Shown in pieces: positions 1 to 8,180 of a DNA stretch of 41,778 nucleotides. Position 1 is the stretch's first letter; each line of letters opens with the position of its first letter. The notes beneath the pieces were generated by a model that was given only the letters and a program-made list of their open reading frames with translations, was not told the DNA's origin and made no database searches. This stretch comes from a virus (lineage: Duplodnaviria > Caudoviricetes), in the IMG/VR virus record IMGVR_UViG_3300049051_000014, positions 1 through 41,778 of that record. One strand, written 5' to 3'. A program made the translations under genes and the position numbers.

Positions 1-308
1 CGTTTGGCGATCGTGAGCGGGTGGCGCGCATCCTGGCGGCGGCCGGCTTCACCGATATCGCGTTCGCGCCCTTCGATACTACCGTCCCGTTGGGCGAAGG
101 CGCGACGCGGGACGCTGCGCTCGACGACGCGGTGAAGATGGCGCTCGAGGTCGGCCCACTGTCGCGCGCGCTTGCTGATCAGTCCGGCGACATCCGCGCC
201 CAAGCCGCGGCTGCGGTTCGTGCCGTTTTCTCGGGCTGTGCCGTGAAACGGTCGGTGATGATCGGCGGGGCGGCGTGGATCGTTACGGCGCGTAATCCGG
301 CGAGCTGA
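1..308 (+). CDS. C-terminal part of class I SAM-dependent methyltransferase (host gene, 5' truncated by window)
   Basis: Frame open from window start: FGDRERVARILAAAGFTDI...GAAWIVTARNP, typical C-terminus of UbiE-like methyltransferases. Confidence 0.6.
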   Translation, partial: FGDRERVARILAAAGFTDIAFAPFDTTVPLGEGATRDAALDDAVKMALEVGPLSRALADQSGDIRAQAAAAVRAVFSGCAVKRSVMIGGAAWIVTARNPAS

Positions 309-394
309 CACGAATTAGCCAGACGTCTCCGTTCGGTGGAGCGAGGGCGTCTTTGGCCGGCCAGATTGATGTGCCTTCCGCTTCTGAGCCATCA

Positions 395-952
395 TCACCG
401 CGCTGGCACCAGCCGGATCGCACCGAGCAGGAAAATGCCGGCCAACATCATCAGATACGTTTGGGCCTCTGGAACCGGGGAAATGGAGAACTTCGTTTCG
501 GGCGTGAACATCCAGTCGCGCTCTTCGTACCACTGTTGCGCGCGCGTAATCATTGCGTAATACCCGCCTGCCGTGTCCAAAGCAATCTCGTTCCAACTCC
601 AGTCCGTGCCGCCGTTATCGTCCCAGTAGTTGACGTGATTTGCTTGAATGTGAAGTGTGCCACCTGGCGAGTACGAAAACCCGGATACACCGCAAGTCAC
701 GGGAGGTTGCGACACGCACCCCAAAACGTCACGCCCTTCAAGATTCAAGCCAGTCAGCTCATTGACATCGATAACGCCATTGCCGTCAAAGTCCTCAGCA
801 TCGAATGATCCCTTGACGGTGGCATCAATATACCGGGAAGTCGTTGTATCGAAGAAGCCAGTCCAGGAAAATTCCCAATGGCTCGTTGGTGCCGCACATG
901 CGAGATCGCAGATCGCCGCCATCGCGCCGGCGCAGATAGCTTTTTTCAGCAT
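395..952 (-). CDS. PEP-CTERM sorting domain exported protein
   Basis: N-terminal signal peptide (MLKKAICAGAMAAICDLACA); C-terminal VPEAQTYLMMLAGIFLLGAIR sorting motif (VPE + TM helix + basic residue). Confidence 0.85.
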   Translation of the reverse strand: MLKKAICAGAMAAICDLACAAPTSHWEFSWTGFFDTTTSRYIDATVKGSFDAEDFDGNGVIDVNELTGLNLEGRDVLGCVSQPPVTCGVSGFSYSPGGTLHIQANHVNYWDDNGGTDWSWNEIALDTAGGYYAMITRAQQWYEERDWMFTPETKFSISPVPEAQTYLMMLAGIFLLGAIRLVPAR

Positions 953-1242
953 AGTGACTTCCCTCCTCGTGAACGTCGCCGCGCTATAGCTTACGCAAGC
1001 AGAATCATCCCAAGCGCACGTTTTGCCAGAACCCGCGTGACCGTTTCAAGCGATGTCAGTGACCAGCCGGCCCCTGACACATCACCCGGCATGCGAGTGT
1101 CGCCAGCGACTTGTCCAGGTGGGGAGCTGTCGCCGCTACAGGCAAACGTAATGATCGATGAAGTTTTGCGGCGTGTCCTCGTGCCTTGACTGCACCACGC
1201 TCGAGGTGGCGATTGAAGCGCGCCCATGCTGGGGCGCAAATG

Positions 1243-1269
1243 AAAAAGGCCAACCGTAGTGGTTGGCCT
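1243..1269 (-). terminator. Rho-independent terminator downstream of the displaced tRNA 3' end
   Basis: AGGCCAACC/GGTTGGCCT stem with 5-nt loop followed by T-run on minus strand. Confidence 0.65.
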
Positions 1270-1285
1270 AAGTCATTGATTTTGT

Positions 1286-1330
1286 TGGTCGGGGCGAGAA
1301 GATTCGAACTTCCGACCCCCTGCACCCCAT
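1286..1330 (-). repeat. Left att site: 45-bp duplication of tRNA-Pro 3' end
   Basis: TGGTCGGGGCGAGAAGATTCGAACTTCCGACCCCCTGCACCCCAT identical to 40889-40933. Confidence 0.95.
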
Positions 1331-1450
1331 TCGGGAACGCAGAAGACGTTATAGCCCTTAGGTACAGTCCATTTGCTTCTGAGGCGATAATATACAGTAT
1401 CTTGGAACTGCTGAGTTTAGCCCGGGAAACCGGCCGCTTTCCGCCGAATA

Positions 1451-2566
1451 TTATCGCGTCGACCAGGGCAGTTTGACGTCAATTTCCGACACAACCGGCA
1501 CCGCTTCCTTGATGTAGATCTCGGTTGTGCTCCCCTCCGTATGCACCAAGCGGTTCTGGATCGCCTGTTTGCTCTGGCCGGCCTTTGCCGCGTCCGTGGC
1601 GCCCAGGGCGCGCAAGTCCTTGAACTGCACGTCGTCAGTGATGCCGGCGCGTTCCCTGGCCCTATCCCACATCGAGAACAAGCCGGTCTTGCTGTACGCC
1701 TCTCCCTTGTGCTTGCCGGCCAGCTTCGGGAACAGGTAGCCGCACACCATGCCATGCTCGCGCTTGATGGCGCGCGCGCGGTCGATCACTTCCTGGATAG
1801 CCGGCGTGATCACGATGTCTACCGCCAGGCCGCTGCTGCGCTCCGTCTTCGTCGGTTTGAAGCGGATGCGGCCGGCCTCGATCTGGGATTCCTTCAGCAG
1901 TCGGAAGTCCTTGCCGCGCTGCCAGCACAGGTACGAAATGTCGATGATGCAGGCCAGCGTTGGGCCGCTGAGCGTCTTCCGGCCGTCCTTGCCGATGAAC
2001 GCTGCCGCCCGGATCGCTGCGACCTGGTCGTGCGTCGGAATGACCTCGCGGCGCTTCGTCTCGTAGTCGTCCAGATCGATCTGATCCAGCGGGTTGTCCT
2101 CCCGCAGCCCGAACTCCGAAATGGCGAAGCGGAACAGCTTGCGCGCCACGGCCGTGATCTTGCGGGCGGTGTTCGGCTTGCCGGCATAGTTGTTGCGCAG
2201 GAATTCGGACCAGTGCTTCGTCATCACGTCGCGCACCTGGAAGTCCTCGAAGTCGTCGGCGATCAGCGCCAGGTAGGCGGCGTACTGCTTGCGCACCTCC
2301 TCGCTGTACTTGGCCAGCTTGCGCGCGCGGAACTCCTGGCACAGGTGGACCATACCGGCCTTGTCGGTCTGGCGCTCACCGAGCAGCTTGCCCAGGGCTG
2401 TCAACATGGCGGCTTCGCCCTCGGCTACGCTGGCCAGCTTGATCCAGTGCTTCTCCTGGCCGTCGGCCGGGTCGCGCATCTTCTCGACGGCGTAGAACTT
2501 GTACGCGCCGTTCTTCACGTACACCCGGGCCGGCAGGCCCCGGTTGCTTTTGCGTTTCCGGTTCAT
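1451..2566 (-). CDS. int: Tyrosine recombinase / phage integrase
   Basis: Start MNRKRKSNRGLPARVY in ATGA overlap with upstream gene; catalytic residues R(GKD), K, KDLR, LVH, TTEIY; adjacent to att. Confidence 0.92.
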   Translation of the reverse strand: MNRKRKSNRGLPARVYVKNGAYKFYAVEKMRDPADGQEKHWIKLASVAEGEAAMLTALGKLLGERQTDKAGMVHLCQEFRARKLAKYSEEVRKQYAAYLALIADDFEDFQVRDVMTKHWSEFLRNNYAGKPNTARKITAVARKLFRFAISEFGLREDNPLDQIDLDDYETKRREVIPTHDQVAAIRAAAFIGKDGRKTLSGPTLACIIDISYLCWQRGKDFRLLKESQIEAGRIRFKPTKTERSSGLAVDIVITPAIQEVIDRARAIKREHGMVCGYLFPKLAGKHKGEAYSKTGLFSMWDRARERAGITDDVQFKDLRALGATDAAKAGQSKQAIQNRLVHTEGSTTEIYIKEAVPVVSEIDVKLPWSTR

Positions 2567-2781
2567 CGGCGGGATGATTTCAAGGTTGGGCCCGAGCCGG
2601 CGGCCTGGTTGGCGGCCGGCGCCATGGTATGCATGCGCAGCACGCACACGGTGCCGTCGTGCCGGCGGCGCGCCGGGATGCCGAGGGCCTGCAGCTCGCG
2701 CAGCTGCTCCTTGGCGCGCCGGTAGTGCGTGATGTCGTAGATTTCGTCCGGCGTGAGCTCCGGCTTCAGTACCGCATTCAT
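2563..2781 (-). CDS. Excisionase-like small DNA-binding protein (DUF4224-like)
   Basis: 72 aa LTPDEIYDITHYRR...GIPARRRHDG directly upstream of and coupled to int. Confidence 0.75.
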   Translation of the reverse strand: MNAVLKPELTPDEIYDITHYRRAKEQLRELQALGIPARRRHDGTVCVLRMHTMAPAANQAAGSGPTLKSSRR

Positions 2782-2927
2782 GGTGCCCTACCCTTGCAAG
2801 ATTTGCACACGACCTGGGCGCCGTCAAACTGCATGATCGAGCGCTTCATGCGACAGACCGCGCAAACGCGCTGCGGAGAGATGTAGCGGGTGCAGCTGGC
2901 CCGGTTCTTTGCTCCTTGTGGTGCCAT
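2778..2927 (-). CDS. Small Zn-ribbon protein (49 aa, not in ORF track)
   Basis: MAPQGAKNRASCTRYISPQRVCAVCRMKRSIMQFDGAQVVCKSCKGRAP; two CxxC; fills the gap exactly, ATGA overlap downstream. Confidence 0.65.
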   Translation of the reverse strand: MAPQGAKNRASCTRYISPQRVCAVCRMKRSIMQFDGAQVVCKSCKGRAP

Positions 2928-2928
2928 G

Positions 2929-4101
2929 CTATTCGCCGCCTTTCTGGGATGCTCGGTATAGCTTTTCCCCCACTTTCAGCGGCCCGGCCAGCAGCCGGAA
3001 CAGTGGCCGGCCGCCGTCTTCGTAGCCCTCGAACTCGGCCACCGGCTCCTGCTGGGGCGGTGCTGCGCGGTACAGAACTTCCGCATCAAGGCCGTTTGCT
3101 TTTGCTTCGTCGTAGCCTTCCTTATTCGTTTCGGTCCAAGGCCACGCGTCCGGTGACCTAATGCGGTAAACCGGCTCTGCCGCCTGCTGGCTGGACGCAA
3201 GGGCGGCGCGGGCGTAGGCCCGGAAGGCGGCTCCCATGTCCTTCGTTTCCCGATACCAATTTCCATAGTCCGGCACGCCGTCTTTCACCCAAGGCAGCGG
3301 CGGCAGGTCTTGCCCGCCCTCTGGCGTGGCTTGCGCTGGGGTGGCAGGCAAAATTCCTTGGCTTCGCACCTGTTCCGCCACGTCTTCATCAACGTGATAG
3401 ACGATTGCGCAATACGCTTCTTCCAACTGCTCCTGAGTGGCGCAGTGATAGGCATCAACTAGCTTGCGGAATTCCTCGGTGTCGATGCTTTGCAGTTTGA
3501 TCCTTGTCGCCTGCTGCCCTGCATCGGTGGCGCTGGCCGCTTCCTTGGCGTCCTGTCCTTCTTGACACCAGTGCGCAGAAACCCTCACCAGGCAGGTGCC
3601 GCAGTACTGGCATTTTAGTTCCGATGCCTTGGCAGGCTCTGCCTGTGCAGTGCTGGCCTGTTGCAGCTTGTCGGATGGCTGCGAAAGCAACCCGTCCACC
3701 CTGCGGCGAATCATGCCGAGCACAGAAAACGCACAGCCCCAGAGATCTTCGTCGGATTCAGGAATGGCCGAGCCTAGCCCAAGTTTCGTCGCGATGAGGC
3801 GCAGGCGCTTTGCTGCGTCGGTGTCTACTTCCTTCCCGCCCTCCTGTTGCAAGGGCTGGGCGAGAAGGGCTTGCCGGGCAGCGCGGCGGTTCCACATGGA
3901 GATAACCGCTTCGCGGGTGTCGGCAATCTGTCCGGTGTTGCAGCTGGCACCCATGCACTCGATGGTGAAGCTCCCAGGGTGATCTGGCAGCCCCGGCAGC
4001 ATTGACTTGAGGATCACGCTGTGCGCGTGCGGCTCGTGTTCTTGGATGGCCGCCTCGGCGCCGCAGAATGGGCATGGCAGCAGCTCGTTCTTCTCGTTCA
4101 T
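2929..4101 (-). CDS. Lar (restriction alleviation)-like Zn-finger N-terminus on a mosaic phage early protein
   Basis: LLPCPFCG...IECMGASC...EAVISMWNRRA Lar-family pattern; second CxxC later; ATGA overlap at start. Confidence 0.7.
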   Translation of the reverse strand: MNEKNELLPCPFCGAEAAIQEHEPHAHSVILKSMLPGLPDHPGSFTIECMGASCNTGQIADTREAVISMWNRRAARQALLAQPLQQEGGKEVDTDAAKRLRLIATKLGLGSAIPESDEDLWGCAFSVLGMIRRRVDGLLSQPSDKLQQASTAQAEPAKASELKCQYCGTCLVRVSAHWCQEGQDAKEAASATDAGQQATRIKLQSIDTEEFRKLVDAYHCATQEQLEEAYCAIVYHVDEDVAEQVRSQGILPATPAQATPEGGQDLPPLPWVKDGVPDYGNWYRETKDMGAAFRAYARAALASSQQAAEPVYRIRSPDAWPWTETNKEGYDEAKANGLDAEVLYRAAPPQQEPVAEFEGYEDGGRPLFRLLAGPLKVGEKLYRASQKGGE

Positions 4102-4529
4102 TCGTTGCACTCCTTGCAAACCTTGCTGTCCCCGTCGAACTTGTCGACGTCCCGGCGCTGATGGCACACCTGGCATTTGCGGCGCGGCCGGCCGGAATCG
4201 GCCTTCGGCGTCATCAAGCCCAGGAACTGCTCCAGCTTCTCGCGCTGCTTCGAGGTCAGATGCATGACCTCGTCGCCGACGTAGATCGTCAGCTCGCCCG
4301 TGGTGAACAGCGCGGCGACCAGCTCAGGTTCCTGCTCTTCCGGTTTTTCCACCGGCAGTGAGGGCCCGGGCTTGGGCGGCGTGCGGCGCGTGTACTTGCG
4401 CTTCGGCTTCGGTTCATCGGTCGGCTTCGGCTCGGCGCCGGCAGTGGGCGCTGGTTCCGAAGTCCTGGCTTCATCTGCGCCGCCAGGCTTCTTGTCCAGG
4501 CGGCCGAATGGGTCATGCGGGTTGATCAT
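4098..4529 (-). CDS. Hypothetical protein, Pro/Lys-rich with C-terminal Zn ribbon
   Basis: ATG 4529 with GGAG RBS; KRKYTRR motif; CQVC...CKEC. Confidence 0.65.
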   Translation of the reverse strand: MINPHDPFGRLDKKPGGADEARTSEPAPTAGAEPKPTDEPKPKRKYTRRTPPKPGPSLPVEKPEEQEPELVAALFTTGELTIYVGDEVMHLTSKQREKLEQFLGLMTPKADSGRPRRKCQVCHQRRDVDKFDGDSKVCKECNE

Positions 4530-5820
4530 GTACGCTCCGTGAAATAGTCGATCCAGTGTGTGAAAGAATTCCGGCATATGACGTGAGGGATTCCGTCCTG
4601 TCATAGCCCTCCTGCTCATGCTCGCGCAGCCGGCGGATATAGCGGTTACGGACATACCGGCCGGCGGCGATGTGGTTCGGGTAGACCACGTAGCCGAGGA
4701 ATGGGATGCCGGCGCGCGCCGGCGCCAGGCGGACCTTGCGCGGATTGACGACCAGCCCGTCGGCGCCCAGCTTCTCCATTACCGCATCGCGCACGACGCG
4801 CAGCTGGTCCGCTGACTGGCCGACGAACACCAGGTCATCGACGTATCGGATATAGCGCTGCACGCGCAGCTGTTGCTTCACCCAGTGGTCGAAGTCGCAC
4901 AGGAAGATGTTGGCGAAAAGCTGCGACGACAGATTCCCGATCGGCATGCCCTTGTCACGGGTGCGGCGGTAGACGCTGTCAGGGGCGAAGAGGTCGTCGT
5001 ACAGGGGGCCGGTCCGGTAGGAGTCGATCAGGTTCACCAGCAGCCCGCGAAGCGCCTGATCGCCGATGTAGCGCAGCGCCCGGGCCTTCAGCAGGCTGTG
5101 GCTGACCGAGTAGAAGTACTTCGAAATGTCCATGTGCAAGGCCCAGCCGGCGCCGGCGGCGCGACAGAACTGCGCCAGGCGCTGCACGGCAGCATGGGTG
5201 CCACGGCCCGGCAGGTTGCCGTAGGTGTCATGGATCATGCGCGGCTGCCAGATCGGCAGCAGGTGCCGGTAGATCATCCAGTGCACGACGCGGTCCTTCA
5301 TCGGTGCATCGACCACGTTGCGGAATTTCTTGTCCTGCACCAGGAATTCTTTGTAGGGACCGAACGAATAGACGCCAGCGCGCAGGCGCTGCTGGATCGC
5401 GACCAGGTGGCGCAGCGGGTCCTGGTCGAACCGCTGCACGCGCCGGCTTGCCCCCTTGTTCTGGCGCGCGCGCTGCCAGCAGGTGAAGAGATTGGGCAGC
5501 GACGTCAGGCGCTGGAAAAGGCTTTCGCCTCGTTCCGCGCAGGCACCAGCTGCGGGCCCCTGCGCGGTTCTCGGTTTGGCTACTCGCCCTGCTTTCGGGG
5601 ATTCCCCAGGAGGATTTCGACCAAGAATTGACCTCCCGCCGGCGCGCGGCGCGGCGTCCAGGTGCATGATTTTTGGGTCAGCGGAACCCGACGTTGTCGT
5701 TCTCGTTGTCGGGCCAGTCGTTGTTGAGATTGAAGACCCCGGCATTCGACTCGGAGTTCCAGTTGCTGCTGCGGATGAGCGCATTGCTCGACTATCCAGA
5801 AATCCCCCCATGTCGATCAT
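4513..5820 (-). CDS. DGR reverse transcriptase (alternative start ATG 5667)
   Basis: Motifs KDRVVH, GRGTHAA, MDISKYFYSV, GMPIGNLSSQLFANIFL (DGR-type SQ), RYVDD, FLGY; adjacent to TR and avd. Confidence 0.95.
   Translation of the reverse strand: MIDMGGFLDSRAMRSSAAATGTPSRMPGSSISTTTGPTTRTTTSGSADPKIMHLDAAPRAGGRSILGRNPPGESPKAGRVAKPRTAQGPAAGACAERGESLFQRLTSLPNLFTCWQRARQNKGASRRVQRFDQDPLRHLVAIQQRLRAGVYSFGPYKEFLVQDKKFRNVVDAPMKDRVVHWMIYRHLLPIWQPRMIHDTYGNLPGRGTHAAVQRLAQFCRAAGAGWALHMDISKYFYSVSHSLLKARALRYIGDQALRGLLVNLIDSYRTGPLYDDLFAPDSVYRRTRDKGMPIGNLSSQLFANIFLCDFDHWVKQQLRVQRYIRYVDDLVFVGQSADQLRVVRDAVMEKLGADGLVVNPRKVRLAPARAGIPFLGYVVYPNHIAAGRYVRNRYIRRLREHEQEGYDRTESLTSYAGILSHTGSTISRSVHDQPA
5679..5794 (-). repeat. 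DGR template repeat (TR), 116 bp, part of the DGR template RNA
   Basis: AAC/AAT-rich repeat aligning without gaps to 6743-6858 and 11371-11486, mismatches only at TR adenines; diverged IMH*-like end (TGACCCAAA vs TGCACCAAG). Confidence 0.95.
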
Positions 5821-6662
5821 GGCGTCACCTTTGTGGACGAACGGATCAAACCGCCCACCAGGCGGCCAAGCTCGACGGCTAAGGAAGCTCGGTGTTCGAA
5901 GGCGAACTTGAGCTTGCTTAGACGCGGCGCCTGGGCGAGGTAGTGCTTCAGCAGGTCGACCTCGGCAGAAATGCGCTGCAGCAGCTCGGCCTTATGGCTG
6001 TCTAGGCCATAGCCGAAGACCGCCGGCATCAGCCGGGCCATGCAGCTGCGCAGGTTCTCGCCGTAGGTGGCGCGCAGGTCGCGCGGCATTTTGATGATGT
6101 CCTGCAGCAGCTGCGTGTCCAGCGCCTGGGCCTGGGATTTCATCTTGAAGCCGACGCTGTCCGGCTCGGCCAGCATCTTCTTCGCGGCAGCCTGGTTCAG
6201 CGCGCCACGCTGGCGCAGGTCCGCGATCACCTGGTGCACGATCTCATCGCTGACGCTGGCCATCAGGTCGCTGCCCGTGCCCTGGTCGGAAACGTAGACG
6301 GTGTAGCCCGAGCTTTGCGTGCCGAGGGCGACGGCGTATGGAATGCCGAACTCCTGCACCACGCTCCACAGCCGGCGCTTGAAATTCATGGCCGGGAAGC
6401 CCACGCGCAGATGCGGGTCTTCGCTGCTGCCGATCAGCTTGAGCTGGTAGCCCTTCAGCGTGGACAGAACGTGCGCTGACTTGTCGAAGGCATGGAGAAA
6501 CTTCCCAGCCTGCATCATGACCAGATGCTGCGGATATTGCTCGGCCAGCTTCGCCGCGGCGGTTGCCAGCGGATCGGCTTTGCCCAGTCCAACCTCGATG
6601 CCCTTGAAGGCCGAGATCGACAATTCGTTCATTTCCTCTTTGGTTGGTGTGATCTGTTGCAT
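5817..6662 (-). CDS. avd: DGR accessory protein: MutS-domain-I-like N-terminus fused to Avd four-helix bundle
   Basis: N-term YPQHLVMMQAGKFLHAFDKSA...VGFP resembles MutS_I; C-term KMPRDLRATYGENL...ELGRLVGGLIRS resembles bAvd; canonical position between VR and TR. Confidence 0.8.
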   Translation of the reverse strand: MQQITPTKEEMNELSISAFKGIEVGLGKADPLATAAAKLAEQYPQHLVMMQAGKFLHAFDKSAHVLSTLKGYQLKLIGSSEDPHLRVGFPAMNFKRRLWSVVQEFGIPYAVALGTQSSGYTVYVSDQGTGSDLMASVSDEIVHQVIADLRQRGALNQAAAKKMLAEPDSVGFKMKSQAQALDTQLLQDIIKMPRDLRATYGENLRSCMARLMPAVFGYGLDSHKAELLQRISAEVDLLKHYLAQAPRLSKLKFAFEHRASLAVELGRLVGGLIRSSTKVTP

Positions 6663-6690
6663 TTTTCTTGCTCTTACTGAATGTTGAAGC

Positions 6691-6712
6691 GGTCACCGCT
6701 TACGCGGCGACC
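6691..6712 (-). promoter_or_regulatory. Hairpin/cruciform downstream of VR1 (DGR target-recognition element)
   Basis: GGTCGCCGC-GTAA-GCGGTGACC on minus strand; same stem follows VR2. Confidence 0.8.
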
Positions 6713-6732
6713 CGTGACCCGAAACCAGACGC

Positions 6733-7629
6733 CTACTTGGTGCAGCGGAACCCGACGACGTCGTACCCGCCGTCGGGCCAGCCGCGGTTGAGACGGAAGA
6801 CCCCGGCATTCGACCCGGAGCTCCAGAGGCTGCCGCGGATGAGCGCATCGCCCGACCAGTTCAGCGTGGTGCTGTCGTAGACATAGCCGCCACCTTTTGC
6901 ATAGCAGTCTTCAGGAAGGGTGGAGCGGCTCAGGGAATCCTTGCCGATCGGTTTGCTGACGATTCCCTCTTCGTTGCCCTGCACGTTGTCGAACACCCAC
7001 GTCCAGACGTTGCCCGAGAAGTCGTAGATACGCTCACCGTTGGCCAGCTCGTGCCAGCGGCGCTCCTCGGCGTGCGGCGACTCGTAATTGCCGTCCTGTG
7101 GGCCGTCGACAGTGCCCTTGTGCAACCCCTGATAGAGCTTCCCGGCGCCAACCTTGCCACCGGACCAGTTCACGTCCTGGTGCCAGATCTGGTGCGCGAT
7201 GGCCAGGCATTGCAGCTCGGTGATCAGCGCGAAGCCGGCGGCAGCGCATGCCTCTTTGGCGGCTGCGAAATTGATGTTCACCCAGGGCGTGCCGTCCTTC
7301 GACACAGCCGCTTTCCCGTCCGCCCCTTTGCTACAGGCATAGCGGCCAACCTGGAACGCCGGGACCTCGGTGCCGTCCGGCAGCACGGTCTTCGGCACGG
7401 TGACGAAGTCGTCCTGGCCCGTGGTCAGGTGCAGGTCATGCAGCAGGCCGTCGGTGCCCTTCAGCACTGTGCCGTCGCGATCGACAATCAGGCTGCGGCC
7501 GCGGCCATCGACCACCTTGCGCAAGCCCTCCCATTCGTCGACCACCGAAAGGCCGCGCACGATCTGGTCGCCGGCGCGGGCGAAAAACGATTGTTCGGGG
7601 ACCAGTTCGATTTTCATTGCGATATTCAT
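6733..7629 (-). CDS. DGR target protein 1, FGE-sulfatase/CLec-fold with C-terminal variable region
   Basis: PWVNINFAAAKEAC, IYDFSGNVWTWV, LIRGSLW...VGFRC motifs; VR1 at 3' end. Confidence 0.9.
   Translation of the reverse strand: MNIAMKIELVPEQSFFARAGDQIVRGLSVVDEWEGLRKVVDGRGRSLIVDRDGTVLKGTDGLLHDLHLTTGQDDFVTVPKTVLPDGTEVPAFQVGRYACSKGADGKAAVSKDGTPWVNINFAAAKEACAAAGFALITELQCLAIAHQIWHQDVNWSGGKVGAGKLYQGLHKGTVDGPQDGNYESPHAEERRWHELANGERIYDFSGNVWTWVFDNVQGNEEGIVSKPIGKDSLSRSTLPEDCYAKGGGYVYDSTTLNWSGDALIRGSLWSSGSNAGVFRLNRGWPDGGYDVVGFRCTK
6743..6858 (-). repeat. DGR variable repeat VR1
   Basis: 19 mismatches vs TR, all at TR adenines. Confidence 0.95.
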
Positions 7630-7641
7630 CTGGTAGGTTCC

Positions 7642-8160
7642 TTATGCGGCTTGGGGAAAGAGGTCTTCGGCCTTGGCCGGCGCCGGCGGCGTCAGCTTCA
7701 GCTCGATATCGCGCTGGATGAATTCGGACAGCTTGCCGATGTCGTCCGGGTCGGGGTGGGCGATGATGCGGAAGCAGATGCCGACCGAGCCGCCGTTCAA
7801 TGGTTCGATGACGAAGTGATCCAGCTTCAAGTCTTCGCCCAGGTCGATGTTGCTGTCACCGCCCAGGCCGTAGTCGATCTGTGCCTGGTAGCCGGCAGCT
7901 TCCCAGTCCCATTTGATGGCCCCCATCTTCGGATAGCGCAGCAGCGTCAGGCCGTCGCCGTCGACCACCTGGTCAACCAAATCCGGGTTCTCATCCTTCT
8001 TGAACAGGTGCTGGCGCAGCTCGGGGTGGAAGTGGATCAGGGTAGTGCTCGGGCATGTGGCCTCGATCTTCAGGTCCAGCGCGGCGCGCGTGTCCTCACC
8101 GTGCTTCTCGGCGCGCAGGTTGACGTGGGCGAGTTTGACGGTCTGGTCAAGTTCGAACAT
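7642..8160 (-). CDS. Phage hypothetical protein
   Basis: ATG 8160 with AGGAG RBS; 172 aa, phage-like codon usage. Confidence 0.75.
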   Translation of the reverse strand: MFELDQTVKLAHVNLRAEKHGEDTRAALDLKIEATCPSTTLIHFHPELRQHLFKKDENPDLVDQVVDGDGLTLLRYPKMGAIKWDWEAAGYQAQIDYGLGGDSNIDLGEDLKLDHFVIEPLNGGSVGICFRIIAHPDPDDIGKLSEFIQRDIELKLTPPAPAKAEDLFPQAA

Positions 8161-8180
8161 GGGGTTACTCCTTGGTTGGA

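Noticed and set aside
1286-1330. Second tRNA gene
   Set aside because: Only the 3' 45 nt are present; it is the att duplication
4513-5820. RT as group II intron, retron or Abi RT
   Set aside because: Short RT with no maturase or endonuclease domain, SQ motif, adjacent Avd and TR/VR pairs with adenine-only mismatches identify it as a DGR RT
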